Assembly: GCA_051294375.1 (NCBI GenBank)
Contig: CM119267.1
Coordinates: 20,901,755-20,965,754, forward strand
Direction of reading: 5' to 3'
Source: Paraspadella gotoi
Lineage: Eukaryota > Animalia > Chaetognatha
Length of the DNA: 64,000 nucleotides
The notes beneath the pieces are model-generated. The model did no database searches, had not been told where the DNA came from, and was given only the letters and a program-made list of their open reading frames with translations. Shown piece by piece: positions 53,341 through 64,000 of the stretch; the first letter of the stretch is position 1, and the number at the start of each line of letters is the position of its first letter. The translations under genes and the position numbers were made by a program.

Positions 53341-53566
53341 TCTTAGAACATAAAAAACATAGTAGGACACAGCAGGTTTTCAAATCTCTTAGAACATAAA
53401 AAACATAGTAGGACACAGCAGGTTTTCAAATCTCTTAGAACATAAAAAACATAGTAGGACACAGCAGGTTTTCAATCTCTTAGAACATAAAAACATAGTA
53501 GGACACAGCAGGTTTTCAATCTCTTAGAAAATAAAAAACATAGTAGGACACAGCAGGTTTTCAATC
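53341..53566 (+). repeat. Five tandem copies of a ~45-bp unit TCTTAGAACATAAAAAACATAGTAGGACACAGCAGGTTTTCAA(A)TC inside a diverged dispersed-repeat copy
   Basis: Head-to-tail units without spacers, preceded by GACTTTGGATAGG...GAGGCCTCCATC. Confidence 0.95.
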
Positions 53567-53891
53567 GACACTCTCTTACGGTGTAGTTTAATAATTAACC
53601 CCCGTTATCAACGAAGTGATATAATTTTATTTTAACTTTTTCAATTAGATAAAAGGATGTGATTCATGAAAGTCGGGACGATTACCTAAGATCGTTCAAA
53701 AATAAACAACATTTAATAGCTAGGTGTTGTCCGGAGACTGGAGGTAAGTCGGTAAATATCTATTATGAGAAATTAACAGTCAGTGAGATAAATCGAAACC
53801 CGCCGTCGGTCCAGAGGTAAGTCTGCGAAGGTGAGTAAAGTGAATTTCCGCCGTCGAGTTTCGAGACAATCGGGTTTTTTTTTATTTCAAA

Positions 53892-53911
53892 AGGTCAAAG
53901 GTCAAAGGTCA
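53892..53911 (+). promoter_or_regulatory. Triple AGGTCA, forming two overlapping perfect DR1 nuclear-receptor elements
   Basis: AGGTCA-A-AGGTCA-A-AGGTCA. Confidence 0.4.
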
Positions 53912-54589
53912 ATCGCGCTGATCGACTTATTTCGAGGCGTGAAAGAGTGAGAGACCGTGAAAGCCGGCAGTTGTGTGATTCGTGGAATGTGGTCGTTGGA
54001 TGATCGCTATAAAACTATAAATTACTATCCAACTATATTATAAAAAAAATTACTATAATTTAGAACCCTAATTTTGTCATTATTTATTATACCATTGACA
54101 GCTAATTCTTTAACGATCGAACCAAAAAAATATATATATAAATCCAGCGAAGGCTTTCGAATTGCGAATTACTAAAAATAAATAATGACCCACGGAGCGT
54201 CCGTCCGTCGTTAATTCCGGTCCGCGCTGTATTTATGGTTTATTCGGCGAAAGTGAAATACAGCGTGAACCGATTCCCACGAACAGAGATAATTGTCGTT
54301 AATCGCTTTCGTTCGAAACGAAGTTGATTCATATCTTTTTTTTTCTTTTTCTTTATTTTTCTTTATTTTCGGTTCTGTTATTAAACTGGGATTAGAAATT
54401 TCGAATTCCGCGTCGGATTCGTAATTCGATTCGTGACTTTAATCCAAATTGAATTCGTCGTCGCGAACCTCCCGGCCTGGACTGTCAGTCCGTCCGTCTG
54501 TCAGTCTGTCTCTCTTTTTTCTTTATTTTTTTTTCTTCTTTTCGACGACAACCTATCATCCTCGATAACTGGCTGACTTTTATTTTCTT

Positions 54590-54641
<52 letters not shown>

Positions 54642-55326
54642 TTTTCCCTATACTCCATTTTCCTATTTTATACATACAAGCAATGAAAACCGAAATATTT
54701 TGCTCCTTTCTAAAAAGATATATGTNNNNNNNNNNNNNNNNNNNNNNNNNNNNNNNNNNNNNNNNNNNNNNNNNNNNNNNNNNNNNNNNNNNNNNNNNNN
54801 NNNNNNNNNNNNNNNNNNNNNNNNNNNNNNNNNNNNNNNNNNNNNNNNNNNNNNNNNNNNNNNNNNNNNNNNNNNNNNNNNNNNNNNNNNNNNNNNNNNN
54901 NNNNNNNNNNNNNNNNNNNNNNNNNNNNNNNNNNNNNNNNNNNNNNNNNNNNNNNNNNNNNNNNNNNNNNNNNNNNNNNNNNNNNNNNNNNNNNNNNNNN
55001 NNNNNNNNNNNNNNNNNNNNNNNNNNNNNNNNNNNNNNNNNNNNNNNNNNNNNNNNNNNNNNNNNNNNNNNNNNNNNNNNNNNNNNNNNNNNNNNNNNNN
55101 NNNNNNNNNNNNNNNNNNNNNNNNNNNNNNNNNNNNNNNNNNNNNNNNNNNNNNNNNNNNNNNNNNNNNNNNNNNNNNNNNNNNNNNNNNNNNNNNNNNN
55201 NNNNNNNNNNNNNNNNNNNNNNNNNNNNNNNNNNNNNNNNNNNNNNNNNNNNNNNNNNNNNNNNNNNNNNNNNNNNNNNNNNNNNNNNNNNNNNNNNNNN
55301 NNNNNNNNNNNNNNNNNNNNNNNNNN

Positions 55327-55421
55327 GACGACGACAACGACGACGACGAAGACGAAGATGATGACGACGACGATATCTATAAAGAAGACTACGAGACAAC
55401 AGGACGACGACGACGACGACA

Positions 55422-55459
<38 letters not shown>

Positions 55460-56700
55460 AATGATGATGATGTTGATGAAGATGATGTTGCTGGCCTAAG
55501 ATGACCTCAGAAATTTTTTCCCTTTTTTTCATGTTGCTCAAGGATGATGACAACGATGACGAAGACGAAGACGACGACAACGACGACGACAAGACAACGA
55601 TGACAACGACGACGACGACAGTGAAATGAATTCTGGATTTGTTTGTCTTGATTGCGTCTCTCATCTCTCGTTGTCGTTGGCACTTTGCAGTCGAGAAGTG
55701 AAATGCATGAGAAGACGGTGAAAGGATCTCGGGCGAGAGAAGGAAAAAGGAGAGAAGAAAATTATTTATCCTATATTATCTCCCGAGTTTTCTGTCTCGT
55801 CTCCTTTTCCTTTTTTTTCTCCCTCATTCTTGTTCTACCCTTGATTTCCTTTTTCTCGCCCGAGGATCCTTTCCCGTTTCCGTGGCTATTTTCCTTTTCT
55901 CTCTCCTTTTCCTTCTCTTCGCCCGAGATCCTTTTCCTTTTCCCTTTTTCTCTTCCTTTTGCTTCTCTCCTTTTTTCCTTTCTCGCCCGCTGCAGATCCT
56001 TTTCCTTTTCCTGTTTTTTCCTTTGTTATCCTCCTTTTTATTCCTTCTCTCGCCCGATCAGATCCTTTTTTCCTTTTCTCTTTTTTTCCTTTTCTTCTTC
56101 TACCTTCTTCGTTTCTCATCAGCCCGAAAGAGATCCTCCGCCTTACACAGCGTTTCGTTCTGCGCTGCAGTGCGTCTCACTTCCTCGACTGCAAAGTCGC
56201 CAACGACAACGAGAGACGGATGAGAAACCAATCCAGGACGAAAGACAAATCCAGAACTTCATCTTCACTGCGTCACGCGTCAGCTCTTCGTGTCAATCGT
56301 CTTCTCCTCGTTCATCGTATTCGCGTTGTCGTTCTGTTTCCGCCTCGATCTCTCGTCCATCGTTGTCATCATTCCGATTGTGAGCCCAACATGAGAATCA
56401 AAAAGAGGAGAGCAGGGTAAATATAATCTTCTGGAGTCACTCTCTCTTATATCGCGAGCTGGAGCCAACATCACCTCGCTTCAGTCATCATGATCCATTA
56501 TCACTGTCTCAGTCCGATCAATCATGCATCATTATCATCATCGGGATCGTCCCGTCGCTCGTACCTGTTGCCTCTCGTAGTTCTTCTTTATAGAGATTCG
56601 TCGTGCGTCATCATCTTCGCTCTGTGCGTCGCTGTTCGTTTGTCGTCCTCGTCGTCGTCGCCATCGTCATCCCATCGTCTCTTATAATCTCCTCCCCATG
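55327..56700. repeat. Fold-back duplication: 55327-55760 recurs as a noisier reverse complement at ~56090-56700, around a ~60-bp CTCGCCCGAGATCCTTTT minisatellite
   Basis: TCTCTCGTTGTCGTTGGC, CTTTGCAGTCGAG, TTCTGGATTTGT and CTATAAAGAAGA occur on + in the first arm and on - in the second. Confidence 0.85.
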
Positions 56701-56843
56701 AGGAGAAGGTTCGAGACCTAAAAAAAGGAAAAAGAGGAATTCACTCAGGTTAATAGGTCGTCCATGTTCGGCATCGTCTGTCGCGTCTCAGTCCGGTCCG
56801 TTGTTGTTGTTGGTTGATAATCGCCGTCCGCGCGTCGTCGCAC

Positions 56844-57279
56844 CCTAGTCACTAGCCAGGAACCCTGATGGCAACGTGTCCGGCATCTGGATTAGCATCA
56901 GATAGGCCGGTCACTTTGTTATCCTTCAGTCACTTTTCGAAGTAGTAGCAAGCCGTAAACGTGGACGTTTCGGCATTTACCTCATTGTAGCCGTGCGGTA
57001 GGGAGCTGGGGGGTGGTGTTCTGAAATGACCTTTTCGTACGAGTGCCATATTGACCAACGCGGTTAGGTCCGTCGGAGTGACACGTCCTAATTAAGTCAG
57101 ACCATATTTGCTGTAAGAAAAGTCAACTCCCCTTGAGTGATTTCCGACGGCGGCTCTCATGTGATCTCGAAATTCCATGACTCTTTCATACTTTACTTCC
57201 TTCCCGTGTTTTCGACCTCACAGTCGAACCACTGCTGTGAGCAGCTACGACCGACGAATTCCTTCGCAGACCTTGAACT
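56844..57279 (-). CDS. Exon 6 (indel-affected) of a - strand, probably secreted protein gene
   Basis: TTTTCTGTCAG acceptor in phase 0 with exon 5. Reads SSRSAKEFVGRSCSQQWFDCEVENTG, then shifted blocks KEVKYERVMEFRDHMRAAVGNHSRGVDFSYSKYGL and QNTTPSSLPHGYNEVNAETSTFTACYYFEK. Candidate donor G|GTGCGA. Confidence 0.5.
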
Positions 57280-57781
57280 CTGACAGAAAAGTGAATCCAT
57301 TCAACAATGCCTAATTCACGGCGGTGCGGACATGTTTACTGTCCGATTATATAGAAATACGGCAACTAACAAATGACAATGCTGATTTTTTAACAAAAAA
57401 TTCGCCTTAACACGATTTAAAGACACACAAAAAGTTACTTTATTTTCGTTGACGTAAACGAATTAACTAAGAAGTTTTCAGTATTATTAAAAACATTTTA
57501 GCAATTCAATCGCCAGTATATCTTTATTATACCCCCGCCCAAAAAGTATAGAATATATATACACAATTATCCATGCTCACAAAACGACTTCAACTCGGGT
57601 AGAGAACTCTATGTGCAGTGACTTGATTCGACAACCACAACCTCAACTACGCAGGGCTCAATTGAGGATTTTACAGTCAGGTGTAAAAAATGGTGGAATC
57701 AAAATTGATCATTTTTATCCTCCGGGACATGTCCTCAGTACGCGCCGGGCTCAAGTAATCGATGAGGAACCATAGACTTAC

Positions 57782-58160
57782 CTTGTCATGCCACTCGGTC
57801 GAGCCCATGACCTTCGGCGCAAAGATTCTTCCGATATTGTTTGTGTTGTGATTCGGATGTCTCGCTGAGGAGTGAAAGTGACTTTCAGTCCCAAGATTTG
57901 ACACATTGATTAAGTACAGACGAGATTGCTTGTCCTCTCCTAAAACGGGCATCATTTGAGGTTGGTTTTCGTGGATTGAGATCTTGAGCATCGCGTTTTT
58001 CCTCGGCGATCACGAAAAGTGTCATTCACAGTAAGACATCTCGGAAATCGATAACAAACAGTAACGTGAAGCTTTGGAATACGGGAGACATTTGCCTGCT
58101 TCGAACAACGAATCTTTATGAGCTTGGTAGGATGTAGCAGGCAATACAGTTTTGATTCCA
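57782..58160 (-). CDS. Exon 5 of the - strand gene (ESKLYCLLHPTKLIKIRC...MLKISIHENQPQMMPVLGEDKQSRLYLINV...GSTEWHDK)
   Basis: TTTGTATACATAG acceptor and AAG|GTAAGT donor; two overlapping ORFs joined by a frameshift near 57995. Confidence 0.6.
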
Positions 58161-58424
58161 CTATGTATACAAAGTTGCACAAACTTTTTAAGTAAGGATC
58201 TCTTTACTAAGAATACAAAAATTTCAAATTTGTATTTATGTTGGCCCTATACGTATAAATGTTAACTTATAAAATTTTTCTGCTGAGTCGGCGTTGAAAT
58301 TGTACAGGGCTTATAACTAGTATAACGCAGTATTTTATTTGACAAACGTCACAAGGTTAACTTGATCAATGGATGATCTTAACGCTCTGGATCGGAAGTG
58401 TTCTTAGCGGGACGAGGTACTCAC

Positions 58425-58494
58425 GGCCGAACGTGGAATCACACAATCACCTAAGTTTCTCCGCCTCGTGATACCGATCACCTTGAAGAAAGCG
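58425..58494 (-). CDS. Exon 4 (small, frame uncertain) of the - strand gene
   Basis: CTAATTTTAG acceptor and CC|GTGAGT donor. Confidence 0.45.
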
Positions 58495-58601
58495 CTAAAA
58501 TTAGATATTTTAAAATACATCTATTCTGAGTGGTTAAAATAAAACAAATTTTTTACGATCGAAAAACTAATATTGAAGAATTAATAAAGAGAGACGATTA
58601 C

Positions 58602-58751
58602 CTTTAACGTTCCATGAATAAAATCCATTATGAAGTTCAGATTGAGGATACTTTAGATCTGTTTCACATTTGGAGTGATTCCTTTAAACATCGGAAATAA
58701 GCTCTCGCGAAAAAAATCAGATCATAGGCCAGCACCAGGGGACAAGTTGAA
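58602..58751 (-). CDS. Exon 3 of the - strand gene (VQLVPWCWPM...CETDLKYPQSELHNGFYSWNVK)
   Basis: TTTGTGTTCACAG acceptor and AAG|GTAATC donor; 150 nt, phase 1 to phase 1, with two in-frame stops in a noisy middle section. Confidence 0.5.
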
Positions 58752-59094
58752 CTGTGAACACAAAGGTAAATCGAATGAATCTAGTTTAGTTCCTAGTCGG
58801 GAAATTTTATCAGATACCGACCTGGAGTTTGATGATGAGGTACATGACGGTCACGGACGACTACCACACTCATCTCTAGTGTAAGGAGAGGGAAACAAAG
58901 AACTAGTTATTCTAAGAATTTTTATCGGAAAGCAACTCGTTATTTTTTCTAACTAGACCAACTTTTATCATATCTAAGCAATGAGTTCAAGTAGAGAAGA
59001 AGTATTAAAGGGTAAGAAAAAACAGAGAGAGCTTTCCTGCAGATGTCTTGTCATGAGAATTTGCTATAGTCTCATTGCGCATGCACCATCTTAC

Positions 59095-59186
59095 CAGTTA
59101 AGTAGTTAAAGTAAGATTCCCAAATTGCCAATTTTCTCGGGTTACTGCATGTGCCTTCTGCGACATCGGCACATTTGACGATTTCC
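59095..59186 (-). CDS. Exon 2 of the - strand gene (EIVKCADVAEGTCSNPRKLAIWESYFNYLT)
   Basis: Clean 92-nt exon, phase 2 to phase 1, donor CTG|GTAAGA; phases match both neighbouring exons. Confidence 0.6.
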
Positions 59187-59336
59187 CTTAAATGTTGCTT
59201 AGTTTTCTTCTTTTTCTTTTCTTTTCTTTCTTTTGCTTTTTTCTCTTTCTTTCTTTCTTTCTTTCTCTTTCTCTTGCCTCCTTCTTCTTCCGCTTCACTC
59301 ATCTCCTTTGCTCTATTCTTTCTTCTTTCTTTCTGT

Positions 59337-59367
<31 letters not shown>

Positions 59368-59696
59368 GTTCTGTTCTTTCCTTTCCTTTCCTGTTCCTTT
59401 CGCTTTCGTCTCTTTCCTTTCCTTTTCTGTTCCCTTCTCCTTCTTCTCCTCTCCTAAGAATCATGCTAAAGGAAGTAAAAAACCACGTTGCTTTTTCGGC
59501 TTCGAATTTCCCCATGCCAACAAACCAGTTAACGCCTCTGTAATAGCAAGTTGATTCTCTTTCCTCTTCTCTCTCTGCTATCTCTCTCTCTCTCTCTCTC
59601 TCCTACTCCTACCTCTCTCTCTCTACTTCTCTCTTCTCTTGCTCTCTCCTCTTTCTCTTTCTCCCTCGATTCATGATTCGCTCTTGTTCTCACGAG

Positions 59697-60142
59697 TGCG
59701 CCTTCGGCAAGATGAAGGATATCGGAGAAAAACACCTGGTTGCCGCTCCTGTCCCCTCTCCCTGGAGAGCCATGGGGACGAACGTGACGATCGACGACAG
59801 TCTGATCACTCGTTACGGTGACTCCGATTTATCACTAACCCTGTCTCCGACGCGCATTCAACATCAATGTGTCATACGATGGGAGCGACGACCGATCGAA
59901 CGACGACAGACGACGAACCTTTGATCCCCTGCGTCGAAACGAAGATGAATCTTCTGAGTGGAATCGAAGGACGGAAGAATAACTTCACAGTAGAATATTT
60001 AATTTCACGATGTGATGTGCACTTTCATACGGTCCCGCCGCCGGCCCGCGCCCCGCCGCCGCCGCCGCTTCCGCCGCCGGCCGCGACACAGAGACGACTG
60101 ACGAACAAACGAGGGATTTACTGTATTTGCGTCGAATTCCAG
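59697..60142 (+). CDS. Isolated + strand exon (CAFGKMKDIGEKHLVAAPVPSPWRAMGTNVTIDDSL...LLSGIEGRKNNFTVEYLISRCDVHFHTVPPP...GIYCICVEFQ)
   Basis: (CT)n tract upstream, strong donor CAG|GTGAGA, two overlapping ORFs with one frameshift. Confidence 0.5.
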
Positions 60143-61541
60143 GTGAGATTATTTGATCAGTTTTTCGTAATTGGGCGCACACTTTTTTTCAGGCCGAAGG
60201 AGGTCGTTGGCTGCCGCCGCCGCCACCGCCGCCGCCCGCCGCCGCCATCCGCCTACCAATTCAGCCTCGGCGATCTTCATTCGTGCTCGTTAATTCTTTT
60301 CCCCCTCTTTATCGCTCTCTTAATTCTATCGCAGGGGATTCTCGGGGTCTCTCTCTTCCCCTCTGTCTCTCTTCCTCTTTTCTCTGCGCTTGACTTATCT
60401 TTACCTCTCTCTCATAATCTTCCATTTTCCAGCTTTTTTTTTTTTTTCTNNNNNNNNNNNNNNNNNNNNNNNNNAAAGGAAAAAGGTTGGAGGAGAAGAA
60501 AAGGAAAAAAATGGGAAAAAGGAAAAAGAAGTAAAGAAAAGGAAATTGGTAAAAAAGAAAGAAAGAGTAGGAAAAAGAAAGACCAAAAAAAAAGAAAAAA
60601 AGGGGACAAAAAAAATGCGACAACTGAAATGAGAATTAAAGACAAAAAAAAAAGTCGTGGACCGAGAAAATAGTGGGAAGGTCGGATACATCGGGGCGTA
60701 AAGAAGGAGAGAAAAAATTAAAAAGAAGAAGAAAAGTAGAAGGAGTTAAAAAAGAAGAAGAAAAGTAGAAGGAGATAAAAAGAAGAAGANNNNNNNNNNA
60801 AACTAGAAGGAGAAAGAGAAAGAAAAAATGAAATTGTCTGATCCCGCCATTTTTCAATTTGAGGAGATATTCGCCTCCGCACACAACAAGAGAGCCGGAA
60901 AAAAAATGACAAGGATGTTAGAAAAAGAAAAGAGGGTAATGATATAAATGAATGTTTGTTATATTAAGAAAGAAGAAAAGAAAGTAATGAAGAAAACGTT
61001 CAATATCATAATGGAGTACAGTGCAGAAAAAAAAGAAACTTAATAATTTTCCATATATTTCGACTTATGTTTCTAAGTCATCTTCGGTGGAAGTCAGAGA
61101 ATTATCGAAATAAATGGAAAATTAATAATGAGATTAATCGTTTTCATCATTGTATTTACCGTGCATGAGATGACGTTAAAAGAAAAGAAAGTAATGTTTG
61201 TTATATTCGGCAGAGAGATACGAAAAAAGAAAATAGTGATTGTTGATGAAAGCTTTTTACGATATTAGACATTGTTTATGTATTATTTACACATTATTTA
61301 TTTATTTACTATGAAGTTGAAGACTTGCATCTAAGTCGAAACATGTCCCGTTTATAACATTAAACATGGTTGTTAAAGTAAAAATAAATCGTCTTGTTTA
61401 GAGAAGAAAATGAAAAAAAAAACTAATTAAAATTAAAAAACATGTACCGACAAACCTAAGTCGAAAAACCCAATAAGCATGCATCTTGAGTAGCCGATGT
61501 ATCTGCATAAATTACAGCGGTATTCCGTTCATTAACCTTAC

Positions 61542-61702
61542 CTTGAGAATCGCCCTTGAGCATTGCTGCCGAACCAGCCCGATGGGTTCTGGACCAACGA
61601 GAATCCGGCAGAGTTGGGGAAGTGTTGCAGGTTTGAACGAGGCTGCTTCACAAATACGAGAGTAACGAGGAGAATGACCATGAATCGCTCATAATGGGAC
61701 AT
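61542..61702 (-). CDS. Exon 1 of the - strand gene, signal-peptide-like (MSHYERFMVILLVTLVFVKQPRSNLQHFPNSAGFSLVQNPSGWFGSNAQGRFS)
   Basis: ATG, hydrophobic core, stop-free 161 nt, donor AG|GTAAGG in phase 2 matching the exon at 59186. The join crosses N gaps. Confidence 0.55.
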
Positions 61703-61974
61703 GAATCATCATTTTTTCAACTCGCATTATTTTTTCCGTACTCAACATAACTTTTTTCTTTGACATAATTTTTTCAACTGGGAATTTTTTTTTCAACTTG
61801 CCACTTCATTTCTTCACACTGCCTCATTTTCAACTGCATCATTTTCTTTACTTGCATTCATTTTTTTAAACTTAAATATTTTTTTAGATCTTCAACATTT
61901 TTTCACTTTTAATTAATTAATATATTTTACTAATTAATTAAAGACATTTTTGAGTAAAAACATTAATAATAAAA

Positions 61975-62570
61975 ATTCAAGTCAACTTGACTTTGGTTTT
62001 TTCCATGCAAAACTACTTCTAGATTCCATAAAAACTTTACATCGCTCAATCACACACTTTCCTTAGCCCACACACAAAAATTAACTCTCACACCCTAACA
62101 CACCGTAGTCGCAGGATTGGGCCCACGATTATTGGGCCCATCACATAAATTGACGACGCCCATATACGTGTGGTACATTGCACCCACACGTAGCCATGCT
62201 GCGCCACATAGCAATATGCACCCATGTATTCCGCCCACGTAAGATTTGCGCCACGCCCCACGCCACCGCCCACGCCCCACGCCAATTAGGATTAATCGAA
62301 TAACTTCTATGGGTATAAAATTAGTTAAAAAGATTTTTCATAACTTATTGCCACGCCACGATCTTCCATCGAAACTTCATAACTAGGCTCATCAACCACT
62401 TCCCTACCCCACAGACAAAATTTCATTCCAATTCCAACATCCTAAATCACGGAGTAATAAGATATTTGGTTAACGCGGTGACGAACCGACACCGGGACAG
62501 ACAGACAGACAACAGACAGACGGACGTCACGCGCCACGGACATCGTTTTTTTGGCTTAATTTATCATAAT
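61975..62570 (+). mobile_element. DINE-1/HINE-like non-autonomous Helentron-type element (boundaries approximate)
   Basis: Short hairpin AAGTCAA-C-TTGACTT at 61979-61993, repeated GCCACGCCC(C)AC motifs, AAATTTCAT, and a (GACA)/(GACG) microsatellite near the end. Confidence 0.45.
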
Positions 62571-64000
62571 TTGATGTTTCTTATGAAAATAATGATTTAC
62601 CAACTTTGGCTGGTGGTACCAGAGTCGGACCGACAAAGGTGGATGCTATAGAGTCGGGAACTGGCTGACAAGCAGGATCCGACTAAAAATTAAGTATTAT
62701 ATTAGACTGCATTATATTATGAATATTCATGAATGACTATCTGAAAACTTGCCAACAAAAAAAAATTATGGCTATCCCGCATTTAATGCGAAAATTAAAA
62801 ATGATGTTCCAAAAACACCGCCCTCAACGTCACAAAGACTCGTTTGTTACCCGATCGCTGGCACATCTGGCGAGAGTTGAACTTTGTGCGGGCCAGCGCT
62901 AACATTTCTTCCGCTCGGTCTTCCCAGTGCAGCCCAGAGGGGCAGGGAATGGCCGAGCCATCAATTTTCCCCCCCGCGACACTGGAAGAAACACGTGCAG
63001 TTCTTCGGCGGTCCGGGGCGTACTCTTTTCCGATACAGGGAGGTCTCTCGTCACCGATTGATTGCGGACCCTAACGTAGGCCGTTTGGGAAATTGACAGT
63101 CCAACAATTAAGTTCACATAACGGGACTTTCTCGTTCAGCTTCCCACAAAAAATACCGTGCGTTAACTTTAAGCAAACGAATTCATTCTATTCTCTTTCT
63201 TTTGCCTTCTTATTATCAAGGAGCTGTACTTTTGTCAGGTGTAAGTGATGGGTTGTTGGTCGCTCGAGAAACGAAGGTTGTTGCTTCCGGCCTTGGATCT
63301 CATAAACGCGCCGAACATCCGCAGGCGACGCACGCCAGAAGGCCGCACAGGACCGGACTCGATGGAGACGAGAGAGACGACGAGACGAGAGTGAGTGAGA
63401 GAGAGAGAGAAGAGAGAAGAGAGAGAGAGAGAGAAAAACAGGAAGACATTAAGGCAATGGTTTCAGGGGATGGAAAGAAAAATATAAGAGAAGCGAAAGA
63501 AAAAGAGATGGAATGACAAATATGATGAGAGGGAGAATGGAAACAGATATGACGAAATAAGCATATTATTCCCACCAATTGAGAAAAATGGCTAAGTTAT
63601 CATTCAAGTTGATATTTCGGACAACACGTTTCTCAATGAGACTGTATGTACTAATCTCCTTTTTTATTGTACCATATAAATTTTATGTATGTATGATAGC
63701 TGAAAGTGGGCGTAACCACCAAACGTAATATAAGTTATATTATACTGGTTATCTATATGGGTATTATATCAGTGGTTATTCCTTTTTAAAACAAGTATAC
63801 GGACTTTCAAGGAGGTCACTCACCCGCGAGGATGGCAAACAAACCAAACTCGTGTCGCAAACATTTTTTCTACTTAATTTATCATTTTCTATCGGCCACA
63901 AGAACGGACTTGAAAATTTGAGAGGAAAAAAAACACGAAGGAAACTAATCGAGCGCGATCGAAAATTTAATATGCGTTATTTCAAAAAAAAAAAAAGGGA

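Noticed and set aside
53341-53566. CRISPR-like regular repeats
   Set aside because: Units are head-to-tail with no unique spacers, no cas genes are present and the context is eukaryotic.
56844-58751. In-frame stops suggesting selenocysteine, readthrough or a variant genetic code
   Set aside because: Stops are of mixed types and coincide with frameshifts in noisy sequence; the clean 2.1-kb exon fits the standard code.
62768-63240. Overlapping short ORFs and a possible micro-exon (63221-63240)
   Set aside because: No consistent frame or recognisable product.

Overview
Eukaryotic, probably invertebrate, genomic DNA. It is rich in microsatellites ((CT/GA)n, (GAC)n, (TTTC)n, (TTTA)n, (GAAAA)n), has GT-AG introns and shows no obvious CpG depletion. 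The assembly is draft quality: many N gaps (six of exactly 25 N), indel-rich patches, and several direct and fold-back duplicated segments. Most six-frame ORFs are microsatellite artefacts. Best-supported content: (i) a + strand spliced gene at 14647-20138 encoding a ~1050-aa low-complexity protein with repeated short Trp/Tyr motifs; (ii) a - strand multi-exon gene at ~56550-61702 encoding a probably secreted Cys-containing protein, possibly with an Asp-rich tail; (iii) a frameshifted Kazal-like Cys-rich ORF at ~44105-44574; (iv) exons of a + strand gene at 11100-13205, partly present twice; (v) a ~600-bp fold-back MITE family with a 9-bp TSD, a Tc1/mariner-type MITE, a DINE-1/HINE-like element and a dispersed repeat family. 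I recognised no rRNA, tRNA, CRISPR array or intact transposase, and assign no gene symbols. I cannot demonstrate a new biological system here; the candidates below are hypotheses to test.
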